From positions 79,774 through 143,773 of IMG/VR virus record IMGVR_UViG_3300013901_000006: DNA of 64,000 bases. The stretch is one strand, 5' to 3'. The position numbers and the translations under genes were made by a program. A model generated the notes under the pieces. The model did not search any database. It worked only from the letters and a program-made list of their open reading frames with translations, and was not told where the DNA came from. Shown here one piece after another: positions 19,412-29,930 of the stretch. Origin of the DNA: a virus. Lineage: Duplodnaviria; Heunggongvirae; Uroviricota; Caudoviricetes. Each line of letters opens with the position of its first letter. Position 1 is the stretch's first letter.

Positions 19412-20365
19412 TTAGAATGGGAGGTCGTCCCAATCATCGTCATCCTCAGTGGTGGTTTCAGTAACCGTTTCAGTTACTTTTGTAGGTGCATTGAAATTCT
19501 GACCGCCATTTTTCTGTGCCTGATAGTCATCATGATTCTTTTTAACTTCTGCAAGATGCTCTTCACGGTCAGCTAGCTTCTGCTTAAACTCCTTCTTGGT
19601 AAGAGTAGATTCATCATCCCACTCATAAGGCTCAACCGCAGCCCAAGTTACATCCCAAGTACGAATATGACGCGTAACCTTATGAACAATGGGATCACCA
19701 AAAGCAGATTCCTCTGTAGTCTCATGGGTGATTGCCTGAGAAACGATATTGCCCTTGATGTGTGTAAACATTGGATTCTTGTTGGAAATCTCCGCATCCA
19801 TGAAGTAATCAATACCACCACGAGAACGAATATTAACATCTACAGGAAGTGCGTCACCACGATAATTAAAGGCATAGCCACGAAGATTTGCGAAATCATC
19901 ACCATCTTCTACCTCACGCTCTGCAACACCTGCAATCAGCATATCAATATCAAAAGTAGCAGGCTCAGCAGAAATATCACCAGTCATAAGATGCATAAAG
20001 CTACCAGATACACGCTTGGGAGAAGCCATTTCACCATCGCGGGTTACAAAATCATTTACATCTACAGAGCCATCGATGCGAACCTTAAGAGCTTCCTTAC
20101 CAATCTTCTCATAGGTATTGCCGCCATCAGAATCAATTAGACCCTGTAGAATCTCATATGCGGGATTTGGCTTACCGCTCTTAAAAGTCTCAGTTACATA
20201 AGGAAAAAATACAGGAACGATATTGGTTGCATCTTCATCTGTGGCAACATTTACCGTACCGTTAATGAAAGGCGTGTTGGTCTTCTTAGAAACACGATTG
20301 GCAAGACGCTCAGTGGAAAAAACATAACCTTCGACATGTACTGCATTGTTAAAACTCATATACAA
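19412..20365 (-). CDS. ssb: Single-stranded DNA-binding protein
   Basis: C-terminal acidic tail EDDDDWDDLPF (canonical SSB DDDIPF-type tip). Located in the replication module. Confidence 0.6.
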   Translation of the reverse strand: MYMSFNNAVHVEGYVFSTERLANRVSKKTNTPFINGTVNVATDEDATNIVPVFFPYVTETFKSGKPNPAYEILQGLIDSDGGNTYEKIGKEALKVRIDGSVDVNDFVTRDGEMASPKRVSGSFMHLMTGDISAEPATFDIDMLIAGVAEREVEDGDDFANLRGYAFNYRGDALPVDVNIRSRGGIDYFMDAEISNKNPMFTHIKGNIVSQAITHETTEESAFGDPIVHKVTRHIRTWDVTWAAVEPYEWDDESTLTKKEFKQKLADREEHLAEVKKNHDDYQAQKNGGQNFNAPTKVTETVTETTTEDDDDWDDLPF

Positions 20366-20423
20366 TCCCTTTCTTTGTTCTTTTTCTAATTCATTAATTG
20401 TAATTATACTATACTTTTATTAT

Positions 20424-21107
20424 CTAGTCAATAACTTTTTTAGGATACTTGCCGCATGACTTATGTTCTAAGCAATAACCGACTTTGTCACATTTGCATA
20501 GATAAAACATGTCACAAATAGTTTTCCATTCGTCAGAATACTCAGATAGCGCAGTAATAATATCACGCATAAGCTGCCTAAATTCCCAATAGGCTCTCAT
20601 ACAAAGACGCTGTTCAGCCATACTCATAAGTGTGCGAGCATTGAATCGACAACTAACAGTTGTTGTCATACCAAGAGGAAGAACCATATTAGCATCCTCT
20701 TGCGGAATTCCACACTCCTGTTGCATATATGTTGTCGCTTCCGCGATAGCTGACATGCAAGAATCATATTTTTCTTTTGCTTTTGGATTCGTCGCAATCT
20801 TAGGAGGAGTCACATAGTCAAAACCTTGATATTTAATATATCGAGTACTTGCCTGTAGACGCGTAGGTGCTCCTCCAATATGAGTATAAAATTGGCGAGC
20901 AGTCCTTGCAGAAAAATCAGAAATCTGCATATAAATTTGAGGATATTCAAGACAACGATAGTGCCCATCCTTTAGGCATTGTAGTCCACGTTTGTAATTT
21001 TGTACATCATCATTAGTATCAGATCCATAGCACAAGCCAGACATTTTTCCAATTAAAACAAGTGGATTTTTTGAAGTTTCATTCATAATAACAATATGAT
21101 TATTCAT
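20424..21107 (-). CDS. thyX: ThyX-like flavin-dependent thymidylate synthase (divergent)
   Basis: Aligns to the ThyX core LEH..F.i..SRa..hQ.vRHR...SQESQRY as LEYPQIYMQISDFSARTARQFYTH...ASTRYIKY. The RHR triad is diverged. Confidence 0.45.
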   Translation of the reverse strand: MNNHIVIMNETSKNPLVLIGKMSGLCYGSDTNDDVQNYKRGLQCLKDGHYRCLEYPQIYMQISDFSARTARQFYTHIGGAPTRLQASTRYIKYQGFDYVTPPKIATNPKAKEKYDSCMSAIAEATTYMQQECGIPQEDANMVLPLGMTTTVSCRFNARTLMSMAEQRLCMRAYWEFRQLMRDIITALSEYSDEWKTICDMFYLCKCDKVGYCLEHKSCGKYPKKVID

Positions 21108-21187
21108 TAATTAATAGCCCCTTAATATATTCTTTATTAATCTTTGTTTTATCCCAATAAGGAATTCTGATAAGTTTTATATTATTT

Positions 21188-21859
21188 TTAAAACAATATT
21201 GATTTTTTAATGTTATCTCTTTCTTTTCGCTTCTCTAGGCTGTCATGATTAAAGAAATGATTTTCTTCAAAATGCTGTTCTCCATCGTATTCAATACAGC
21301 AATTATAGTCCGGTAGATAAAAATCAAAAAGTAAAGGATGTATATAATAACAATCAGAAAAAGAATATTGCGTTATAAATCTAATACTTAATTGTTCAAG
21401 ACTCTTTCGAATTATCCGTTCACCATAAGAACCCAAGTTACATTCGGAACATGTTAAAGTCTTGCCAAAATTAGAAGATAAAATTTCTTTATGATGGCCG
21501 TTTTCACAAACACATTCCCAATACCAAGCATAATTTTTACTTTGTCTATTTATCCTTCGCAATGCTGTCCATGTACCAGATTTCTTCCCAGTCAAATCTT
21601 TATAGCAATATGAATGAATACCATGGTAAAAATCTTTATCTCTTAGACAACCACACGATTTTCTGTTACCACGCATAACGCTATTTATAGTTGATTCAAA
21701 ATAAGTACCGCAAAACGAACATTTAAACAATGCTCTACCGCCTTTAAATCTTTCTATAATTTCAGTGTTATATGGACCAATCTTATCACCAACATTATAT
21801 TTATAATTTTTATTAACACTATAAACGTCAGTTTCTGGCATAATTTCAATTTTTCCCAT
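21188..21859 (-). CDS. Putative homing endonuclease: Zn-ribbon (KSCGC) N-terminus + DUF559/PD-(D/E)XK-like C-terminal nuclease
   Basis: CSFCG...RKSCGCL zinc ribbon. C-terminal FDFYLPDYNCCIEYDGEQH matches the DUF559-type restriction-endonuclease fold. A paralog sits at 53328. Confidence 0.5.
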   Translation of the reverse strand: MGKIEIMPETDVYSVNKNYKYNVGDKIGPYNTEIIERFKGGRALFKCSFCGTYFESTINSVMRGNRKSCGCLRDKDFYHGIHSYCYKDLTGKKSGTWTALRRINRQSKNYAWYWECVCENGHHKEILSSNFGKTLTCSECNLGSYGERIIRKSLEQLSIRFITQYSFSDCYYIHPLLFDFYLPDYNCCIEYDGEQHFEENHFFNHDSLEKRKERDNIKKSILF

Positions 21860-22718
21860 TTATACCTTCCTGACTGTTATATCCAAAATTCACTGCATTG
21901 TACATTTTAATATAATATGCTTCTTTTTCGTCTAGTTCTTCTTTAGGACATTGCTCAACCACTTCAAAAGTAAAAGATTCAAGACCGCAGTCAAGCATTG
22001 CCGCATATAATTTATTGTCTTTTGGGGTTTTCATGCCACAACCGCATCGACAATGCTGAGTAAAACGATTTAAAATATCTACAGATTGTCCAACATAGCA
22101 CATTTGATTATCAATGTTGGTAATCTTATATATGCCGCATACTTTATCAGTTCCAAGTATATTTGTAAAAAGCTCTTTTGCTTTCTTTTGGTAATATGTA
22201 GACCAAATAAGTTTAGATAAAATTTCTGGATTTGTCAAGCGATTTTTAAAAGAGTTAATCACTTCAATATCTTCTTTATCCGCACGAGAAATAACAATAT
22301 GATTATCAGTTGTCTTATTTGAATTTTCTCGCTGTAAGACCTCAACCGCCGCAGATTTCTGTCGTTGCAATTTATCTAATTCATTTTGAAGCTCTTGGAC
22401 TTGTTCAATATATTCAGCTTTATTTTGATTGACCTGAATTTGAAAATCTCTAAGATTAGATAAAATATTTTCTTTTTCAATCTTTTCGAAATCTTTAAAG
22501 CCTTGCTTTTTTTGCTCTTGGACTTCTTTAAGTTCTTTTAGCCTAGCTTTTTCATTTTGAATTTGATATTCAATATGCTCTCGCGCAATGAGGATTTCTT
22601 TATTATTTTCTTTTACAATATTGACTTTGCGGCGAATGCCTGTGTGTACGCCAACTGCATATCCGCATATTGTAATACAGATGACGCACACAAAAGCAAT
22701 AACAATTTGCACTACCAT
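21846..22718 (-). CDS. Membrane-anchored coiled-coil protein with C-terminal GIY-YIG nuclease domain
   Basis: N-terminal hydrophobic helix MVVQIVIAFVCVICITICGYAV. Long heptad-rich region. C-terminal CGIYKITNIDNQMCYVGQSVDILNRFTQH. Confidence 0.55.
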   Translation of the reverse strand: MVVQIVIAFVCVICITICGYAVGVHTGIRRKVNIVKENNKEILIAREHIEYQIQNEKARLKELKEVQEQKKQGFKDFEKIEKENILSNLRDFQIQVNQNKAEYIEQVQELQNELDKLQRQKSAAVEVLQRENSNKTTDNHIVISRADKEDIEVINSFKNRLTNPEILSKLIWSTYYQKKAKELFTNILGTDKVCGIYKITNIDNQMCYVGQSVDILNRFTQHCRCGCGMKTPKDNKLYAAMLDCGLESFTFEVVEQCPKEELDEKEAYYIKMYNAVNFGYNSQEGINGKN

Positions 22719-23023
22719 TTCTGATTATAATGTTTCTCAATAGTCTTACTGGTAGTTTCATCTAGGTCGGCAGTGCGGCCTTTATCAGTTAGACGAATAT
22801 AATTAGTTCCTCCATCTGGTTGAAGCTCGCGCACCGCATATCCACGATTTACAAGTGAAGAGGTAATCATGCAATTTGCCGCGCGCGGCTTCATATCAAG
22901 TCCAGCCGCAATATCCTTGAAAGTTAAATCTTCTCCATCATGGTCACGAAGGAAGCGAACAAGACGTTTAGCATCATGTGAAAATGTTGCTTCTTCTACA
23001 AGAATTGTCTTTTTTAATAGCAT
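22712..23023 (-). CDS. Small winged-helix DNA-binding protein (MarR-like)
   Basis: 103 aa with a predicted HTH around LTFKDIAAGLDM. Confidence 0.3.
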   Translation of the reverse strand: MLLKKTILVEEATFSHDAKRLVRFLRDHDGEDLTFKDIAAGLDMKPRAANCMITSSLVNRGYAVRELQPDGGTNYIRLTDKGRTADLDETTSKTIEKHYNQKW

Positions 23024-23088
23024 CTGATTCCTTTCTTTCTAAAATACTTTATAAGTATTATACCATGGGATATTAAAATAGTCAAGAA

Positions 23089-24123
23089 TTATTTAAAGAT
23101 TTCTTCTAACTTGCAATCGGTAGCTGGCTTGTCCGGTCTAAGCCTATTCAAGTATGGATGGCGGAACGTCTTGGCTTCTTTATCGAGACTCATGCAATTA
23201 ACTTCTACTGTTGTACCGATATATTTATCTGGATTAAGCGCCATAAGGGCTTTCATTTCATCTGTAAGCCCAGAAGACACTCGACCAATAGAGACAAGAT
23301 TACCTGCATTATCATATGCGCCAACTCTAATGGCGCCAGCCCAACCATAGTATGCGGCCTTTGTAATTAGCTTTCCCGCACTATCTTTATATTGCCACGT
23401 ATCAGATTCTTTTCCAGTATATTCATATTCAGGAGGTAGAATCTCGATAATTACAAAATCAATGTCATTCTTTGCCTGTTTGATTTTAAACATGACTTTT
23501 GGCTGTCGTTTACCAGGAGCATAAAGACCATCTTCAACTCGAAAAACCATACCCTCCTCGCCACGTGCAAGCATGTCACTTGTGATTTTATCTAAGTCAA
23601 GATATGCATTATCATAGCACGATGCTACTTCAAGTTCTGGAATTAGATTTGTCCCAATATCAATATGCTCACATAGGTTACTATAACGCCTAGAATAATT
23701 CACTTGATTCATCACATAATCTTCACCATTATATGCAAGAATATCATGCATATAAAAATGAATCTTACCATATTCTCCATACTGTCGTTCAATGGCTTTT
23801 TCAGGAAGAGCACCAAGCACTGACGTTACATTTTTAGATGTGCCATTGGGGTAATAAACTTCTCCAATAATGCATGTACCGTTAGGAAGCTCATTTCTAG
23901 CCCAATCTGCTATATGCGGCACTTTCTCAATATTGTCTGAATAGTATCCTGTCTTCTTTGAAATAGAACGACTATACAGATGTACTTTATTATTGTCTTT
24001 AATTAATTGGCTCCAATATCCGTCTTTCTTGACTGTTCCAATTATTGGAACGTTTTTAAACATTTCCTCATAGTTTTTAGGAGCTTTACCAACAAGCATG
24101 GGCGAATAAATATTCAGTGACAT
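23089..24123 (-). CDS. ATP-dependent DNA ligase
   Basis: Motif I TVKKDGYW (KxDG). 344 aa, T7-ligase-like size. Confidence 0.6.
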   Translation of the reverse strand: MSLNIYSPMLVGKAPKNYEEMFKNVPIIGTVKKDGYWSQLIKDNNKVHLYSRSISKKTGYYSDNIEKVPHIADWARNELPNGTCIIGEVYYPNGTSKNVTSVLGALPEKAIERQYGEYGKIHFYMHDILAYNGEDYVMNQVNYSRRYSNLCEHIDIGTNLIPELEVASCYDNAYLDLDKITSDMLARGEEGMVFRVEDGLYAPGKRQPKVMFKIKQAKNDIDFVIIEILPPEYEYTGKESDTWQYKDSAGKLITKAAYYGWAGAIRVGAYDNAGNLVSIGRVSSGLTDEMKALMALNPDKYIGTTVEVNCMSLDKEAKTFRHPYLNRLRPDKPATDCKLEEIFK

Positions 24124-24152
24124 ATTCCTCCAATAAAAAGAAAAAGGATGGA

Positions 24153-26234
24153 CTAGAGCTTAGTCCCTCGTCCACCCTTATTTGCTATTTTACCTGTAAA
24201 GTTTTGCGGCTCAGTTATTGTCATGGATACAATCTTATCATCATCGTCTAGCTTAATGCCGCACATGCCGCCAGACCTGATACTACTTGCTCGCACACTA
24301 TCTGCCTTAAAACTAATCTCTCTCTTGGAAGAGGTAAGTGTTACGATACACCCATTAGTCTCTTGGATAGATACTATATCCACATCAGTTTTAGCGGCAA
24401 CGATTCCACGCTTATTGCGCACACCTTTAGCAAATTGTTTTCCTTCACACTTTTTAACTTTGCCATCAGCCATAGCAAACATAAGATAAGGCTTACTATC
24501 GCGGAAATAGCTATCGTGCGCATAGATAATTTTTTCATCCTTATCTAAATTAATGATAGCGCCAATTGCTGTACCCTTATCCTTTGGGCCGCACTCTTTA
24601 ATATCCGCAGGTGAAATACGGTAAAACTTACCCTTATTTGAGAATAGAGCAATCATCCTATCTTCTGCAATGCTAAATGCAGCGAAACCGTTATTTTTGA
24701 ATTTAGAAGGAGAAACCTTTTGTAGATAACCAAGAGGATTAAAAACAATTACGAAGTTCCTAATTTCCTTTGAAGCAGAAGACTTGGCTTTCTTTGTCTT
24801 TGTAATCTCCTTTTGGACTACTTTAGTCCGACGAGGAGTACCGTATTTTTTATCCATATCTTTCAGCTTTTTTAAAAATACTTTATCAAGTTCTTTTTTA
24901 TCATTTAAAATTAAATCGCATTTTGCAATAATTTCGTTCTTTTCTGTTAGCTCTTTTTCAATTGATTGCGTATCCAGTTTAGTCAGCTTCATTAACGGCA
25001 TTGAAAGAATTGATTTGATTTGCTTATCTGTAAAGTTAAACTCATTTTTAAGCCCATTTGCCGCATTAGCTTTATTATTTGAACCGCGAATAATCTCAAT
25101 GATTATATCAATATTCGTTAAGGCAAATTTTAATCCCTCTAAGATTTCTTTTCTTTGAGCCGCGAGATTCTTATCATATTCAGCTTCGCGTTTAAGGCAC
25201 TCAAAACAATGAAACAAGTATTCATCAACTGTCTGCTGTAGATTTAATAAAACAGGAGTTTTACTGATAATGCCATTCTGATTGACATTATACTGTGACC
25301 TTAAAGGTGTTGACTGAAATAGCTGCTGCAATACTTTTTCTGCCGCATACCCTCGTTGACATTCTACAACTAAAGCAATGCCATTCTTATCACTCTTATT
25401 ATATACATCTTTAATGCCAATTAAATCTTCTGATTCGATTAGCTCTTTAATCTTTACAATTAAAGGTTCAATGTATACTTGATATGGCATTTCAGTAAAA
25501 GTAATTTCGTTGCCGTCAATAGTATATGTAGCTTCTACAATTACTTTACCTTTTCCAGTTTCATTGATTGAAGATAATTCATCCTTATTGACGATTGTAC
25601 AGCCAGTAGGAAAATCAGGGTAGTATTCCTCTGCTTCAAATTTACCAGTTTTAACGTACTTACCGATTAAGTTAATGGTTTCTTTAAGGTTGTGCGGCAA
25701 CCAATTATTTGCAATTGAAACACCGATACCTTGAGCGCCATTGACAAGAAGTCTAGGAAAATATGATGGTAATACTACTGGCATATATTCATCTTCGCTG
25801 AAATTCAAAACCATTGGAACTGTATTTTTTTCAATTCCATTTAACATGAATTCTTCTGTGATTTTAGAAAGACGCGCTTCTGTATATCGGTCCGCAGCAA
25901 TTGCGTCTCCGCCCAAAATTACGTTACCATTTGCACCATGGAAATCAACCTCTGGTACATTGTTTGTAAAAGGCTGAGACATGCGTGCGAAAGTTTCATA
26001 AATCGCTTGAGTGCCATGAGGCCAGTAGAGCGCCGCAACGCCTCCATCAATCTTTGCCGATTTAACGTGTGGTTTGTCGCTGGTATATTTTTTAGTGTAC
26101 ATTTCCCACAAAATACATCTTTGACCCGGTTTTAATCCATCTTTTACACTTGGAAAAGCCCTGTTACAGTTTACATCATATGAACTATCAATAAAATTTT
26201 GTTGAACAACTTTAACAAGATTTGATTTATTCAA
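24153..26234 (-). CDS. Type II DNA topoisomerase, A-type subunit (GyrA/ParC / T4 gp52-like)
   Basis: PSVKDGLKPGQRCILWEMY (DGLKP motif around the active-site Tyr region). 693 aa. Confidence 0.8.
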   Translation of the reverse strand: MNKSNLVKVVQQNFIDSSYDVNCNRAFPSVKDGLKPGQRCILWEMYTKKYTSDKPHVKSAKIDGGVAALYWPHGTQAIYETFARMSQPFTNNVPEVDFHGANGNVILGGDAIAADRYTEARLSKITEEFMLNGIEKNTVPMVLNFSEDEYMPVVLPSYFPRLLVNGAQGIGVSIANNWLPHNLKETINLIGKYVKTGKFEAEEYYPDFPTGCTIVNKDELSSINETGKGKVIVEATYTIDGNEITFTEMPYQVYIEPLIVKIKELIESEDLIGIKDVYNKSDKNGIALVVECQRGYAAEKVLQQLFQSTPLRSQYNVNQNGIISKTPVLLNLQQTVDEYLFHCFECLKREAEYDKNLAAQRKEILEGLKFALTNIDIIIEIIRGSNNKANAANGLKNEFNFTDKQIKSILSMPLMKLTKLDTQSIEKELTEKNEIIAKCDLILNDKKELDKVFLKKLKDMDKKYGTPRRTKVVQKEITKTKKAKSSASKEIRNFVIVFNPLGYLQKVSPSKFKNNGFAAFSIAEDRMIALFSNKGKFYRISPADIKECGPKDKGTAIGAIINLDKDEKIIYAHDSYFRDSKPYLMFAMADGKVKKCEGKQFAKGVRNKRGIVAAKTDVDIVSIQETNGCIVTLTSSKREISFKADSVRASSIRSGGMCGIKLDDDDKIVSMTITEPQNFTGKIANKGGRGTKL

Positions 26235-26631
26235 TATTCGCTTCCTCCAAATGTTTATTTAAAAATTCTACACGCGGTTCCACCTTTTTACCATATAGGT
26301 CATTAAATAGATTATTTGTTTTATCAATATCTTCAACTGTTAATAAACTAATATTTCTAGTTGAGGGGTCTAATAAGCAGTAAGATAATTCGTCAGCATC
26401 TTGTTCGCCTAACCCTTTCATCCTAGTAATTGCTTTAACGTTGTTTGGATGTTTTTGTTTATATTGCTGTAATGCTATATCATCCTTTAAGTATACATAC
26501 TCATTCTTCTTCGTAATAACTCGGAAGAGTGGAGGTTCAGAACTATATACATGACCATCTAAAATAAGTTCTGGGCAAATATACCAAAAAATATTAAGCA
26601 TTAAGTTTTCAATTGCGAAACCATCAAAATC
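26227..26631 (-). CDS. Type II topoisomerase large (GyrB-like) subunit, exon 2 (C-terminal Toprim tail)
   Basis: The frame upstream of the annotated Met reads DFDGFAIENLMLNIFWYICPELILDGHVYSSEPPLFRV. This is the GyrB DVDGSHIRTLLLTFF...GHVYIAQPPLY block. Confidence 0.7.
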   Translation of the reverse strand, partial: DFDGFAIENLMLNIFWYICPELILDGHVYSSEPPLFRVITKKNEYVYLKDDIALQQYKQKHPNNVKAITRMKGLGEQDADELSYCLLDPSTRNISLLTVEDIDKTNNLFNDLYGKKVEPRVEFLNKHLEEANIE

Positions 26632-27934
26632 CAGTTATTCTTATATTTCTATAAGCCCTGACTATCTCTTATTGTATTTATATACAAGATATTATTTCAA
26701 ACTATGTATCAATAATAGTTTTACTCGCCCGATTCGGCGATAGTCGATACAACCTTATTTGTGAATCCATTTATGAGTTTTTTTAGAATAAATAGGTACA
26801 TTAGTATAAGTTTTTCCAGTTAGCATCTTTTGAAAAGATTCTCTAGAAATACGTTTATCTGTATTTTCATAGATGTCTTTATAATTTTTTGAAACATATT
26901 GCTTTCTAAATTTAAGCACTTCTTCATCAGAATAAGCATTTGTAGTATATCTATTAGAATTATCTTTTACTCTATTAGAGTTTTTTTCTGGTTGCTCTCC
27001 CGGAAAAATCCATTTATTTGTTTTTTTATGAAAATATGGCAAATGCTTATTTGTTCTTCCGCATAATATACCTTGAAATGCTTCATATGTAATAATGTCT
27101 TTATAATCTCCATAAAGCTCTTTTGCCTGCGCTCCTGCGGCATATTTCTTTCTCGCGACCATTATTTGTTCTTCTGTTAATTTAGAAGTAACTTTTACAC
27201 CAGCCATTTTTTTATAATAATTTTTGTTATCTTTAGTATATACTTCTGGCATTATTTCTGCCCAAGTTTTACCTTGCCACACAGCTTGAAAAGTACCAAA
27301 AGTAATCTTATCTTTTACTGATTCATACGCTTCTTTTTGTGTAATAAGTCTTTCATTGTAACACTTACGAATAAACATTACATCAGATACAGATAATTTA
27401 GCTCTTGGATTTTCTTCTCCACGAGAGCCGCAATCTCCACCTCTGTTGCAATTATATCCTTCTTCTACCGCATTAGTTTTATCAATCCAATATGCTTCTA
27501 ATTCATTTAGTTCTTCTACGGAACATTCTTGAAGAACAATCAAAGAGAAGTTTTCCTTCCCATATTTATGTATCGCCCAATCAACAGGAATGTTGCTTTG
27601 CTTATATCTGCTTGGAGAACAATGTTCAACAAATCGTCTATCTATATCATTACTTTGTCCAACATAAAACTTGCCATTTATGTTATTAACTATCTTATAA
27701 ATACCTATCATACTTTACACCTTTCTGTATCTTTGAAAGGCGTTAGATTCACAAAATTTGTCACGGGATTGCCATGTTATAAATATATAATTTAGGTTTC
27801 CCCGTTAGCGCCTATCAACTTGAACACCATCTATATCTAATATGAAAGCTATCATACCACGATTATAATATTTTGTCAAGAAAAATAAGCACCCTATTGA
27901 TTAATAGAAAAATATCACACAGCCAATTTTATTT
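26632..27934 (-). mobile_element. Probable group I intron carrying a GIY-YIG homing endonuclease, inserted in the TDA|DFDG motif of the topoisomerase large subunit
   Basis: Exon 1 ends IITATDA followed by K-stop. Exon 2 resumes in frame with DFDG. The last exon-1 nt is U and the last intron nt is G. Contains the free-standing GIY-YIG ORF 26755-27711. Confidence 0.55.
26755..27711 (-). CDS. GIY-YIG homing endonuclease (intron-encoded)
   Basis: MIGIYKIVNNINGKFYVGQSNDIDRRFVEH. Repeated C-terminal modules typical of HEG DNA-binding regions. Confidence 0.75.
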   Translation of the reverse strand: MIGIYKIVNNINGKFYVGQSNDIDRRFVEHCSPSRYKQSNIPVDWAIHKYGKENFSLIVLQECSVEELNELEAYWIDKTNAVEEGYNCNRGGDCGSRGEENPRAKLSVSDVMFIRKCYNERLITQKEAYESVKDKITFGTFQAVWQGKTWAEIMPEVYTKDNKNYYKKMAGVKVTSKLTEEQIMVARKKYAAGAQAKELYGDYKDIITYEAFQGILCGRTNKHLPYFHKKTNKWIFPGEQPEKNSNRVKDNSNRYTTNAYSDEEVLKFRKQYVSKNYKDIYENTDKRISRESFQKMLTGKTYTNVPIYSKKTHKWIHK

Positions 27935-29440
27935 AGCATCTGTAGCAGTAATAATTTTATCATATCTTAGTTTAGATTTATCATAAATGCATTTTGCATT
28001 TTTAGGATTGAACTCTAAGCCAAGAGCCTGAATTAAATTATTAATTTCTTGATTCTTTATAATGTTTTCTTGTTTTGTTTTTAATACAGAAAGCATTTTT
28101 CCTCTAACTCCATAAACAGCTTGGAACTTAGAATCTCTGCCCGCAACCATATTTGATGATGCGCTTTTGCCTTCTGTCAAATATAACTCGCAAATAGAAC
28201 GGTCTTTTGACCAACAATCGGATAAACTTGTTGGCATTTTTAGGAAATTATTACCACGCTTCTTTTTATTTTTAACCGCTGCGCGAGCTTTCTTCGCTGC
28301 TTCTGCCGCACGTTTAGCAACAATGGCTTTCTCAAGAATGGCTTTTGCATCTGTTGGATTATTATCTAACCACACTTCAAGCTGTTCACCAAAAGTAGAA
28401 GTAAAAGATGTATCTACATCAATAATATCATCTTTAACTTGCGCGTTATATTTAACGCCTTTACTATCGATATTACATACAAGAATTAATCCTTCTTGAA
28501 TTGCCGCACCATCTAGATTCTTTTCTTTGTCTTTAAGAAGATTATTTGCTCTAGCCCATGAATTAAATACGCGGGTTAACGTTGATTTAATCCCTGTAAT
28601 ATGCGGCCCAGACGATGTTAAACCATAATTTACATATGAGACAATCTTAGATTGACTACTGGATGTAAAAGTCATGGCAAGACGAATATTATTCTCATTC
28701 ATCACAAAATGATTTGAAATAATTTCGGTATCATTGCCACGTTTTTCATCTAGCATATCTTCGATACTATCATGTGTTATTTCAATACCATTTAAAACAA
28801 CTTTAAGAGTAGGACAAATACACGTAATATCATTAAAGAACTTTTTGAAATGTGCAATAGACGTTTTATCTGTACCAAAATACTGTCCATCTGGTAGGTA
28901 TTCTACATATGTACCAGAATGTCCTTCATCAATACCAGAATCATGTTTAATGATGATACCATCTTTGAATTCAATCTGTTCGTATTTACCATCACGAACC
29001 GTTCGTGCTTTAAGATACTTTGAAAGAAACGTTACAAGTTTTGCACCCAATCCGTTAAGTCCAAGACTAGACCCTTCATAGACCCCATCATCAGTATATT
29101 TACCAGATGTATTCATAGTATCAAAAGCAGCCTGAAACACAGTCTTACCATCATTACGTTTTTGGTTTACAAGAAAACCTTGCGCATAATCTTGGATTGA
29201 ACATACACCAGTTTTATCATCAATAGATACTTCAATTACGCTGCCATGACCGATATTATGTTCATCTAACGCATTGCTGAATAGTTCCAACATTAACTGA
29301 TTTGGAGTAGATGTGTCGCCGCAGTACATTGATGGACGTTTACGCACATGCTCACGTGGAGTTAGTGATTGAATTGAATCTTCCGTATAAGAATTGCTTT
29401 TTAAGTTACTTCTCAAATTACTCTCCTTTCTTTTATACAA
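27935..29440 (-). CDS. Type II topoisomerase large (GyrB-like / T4 gp39-like) subunit, exon 1 (ATPase + Toprim)
   Basis: SYTEDSIQSLTPREHVRKRPSMYCGDT (GyrB N-terminus). LMLELFSNALDE ATPase lid. Ends ...IITATDA. Confidence 0.8.
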
Positions 29441-29930
29441 GCATTATATCAAATATCATTTATTTTGTCAAATAAAAAAGCGCAAGATAGGTTTTTCTAT
29501 CTTGCGCTTAACCGTAATCTATTCTGATTGATTAACTTGTTTATTTAATTTTTCACGTGTCTTAATCTCATTCTCACAAAAAATATGAAAATTATTTTTC
29601 ATATTCTGATACCTCTTTTGCTCTCGCCTATATTGTTCATTAATCATCTTTGCTTCACGGCAAGCAACATTGAAAGCATCCATACCATCCGCCGCATTCA
29701 TTTCACCAAGAGCAGATACAATATGATTGACTCCCTCAGCTCGTCCCTTCATAACCTTTAGACGCTCTGCGGCCATAGCCAAACGATTCTTATAATCCGC
29801 AATTTCCCAACCAATCCACTTATTGGCATTTTTCTTGTCCTCTTGGTCTGGTGCCGCATAAGAAGTAAACATTCCCCATTTAGACGAACGAGTTACAGTT
29901 GCAACTTTAGTATCATCATCCCAAGAGCAA

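Noticed and set aside
24153-29440. Interpreting the three topoisomerase ORFs as a T4-style gp39/gp60/gp52 three-subunit enzyme with gene 60-like bypass
   Set aside because: The break falls inside the invariant TDADVDG motif, with perfect frame continuity and U/G splice-site nucleotides. That is better explained by an intron than by a natural subunit boundary.
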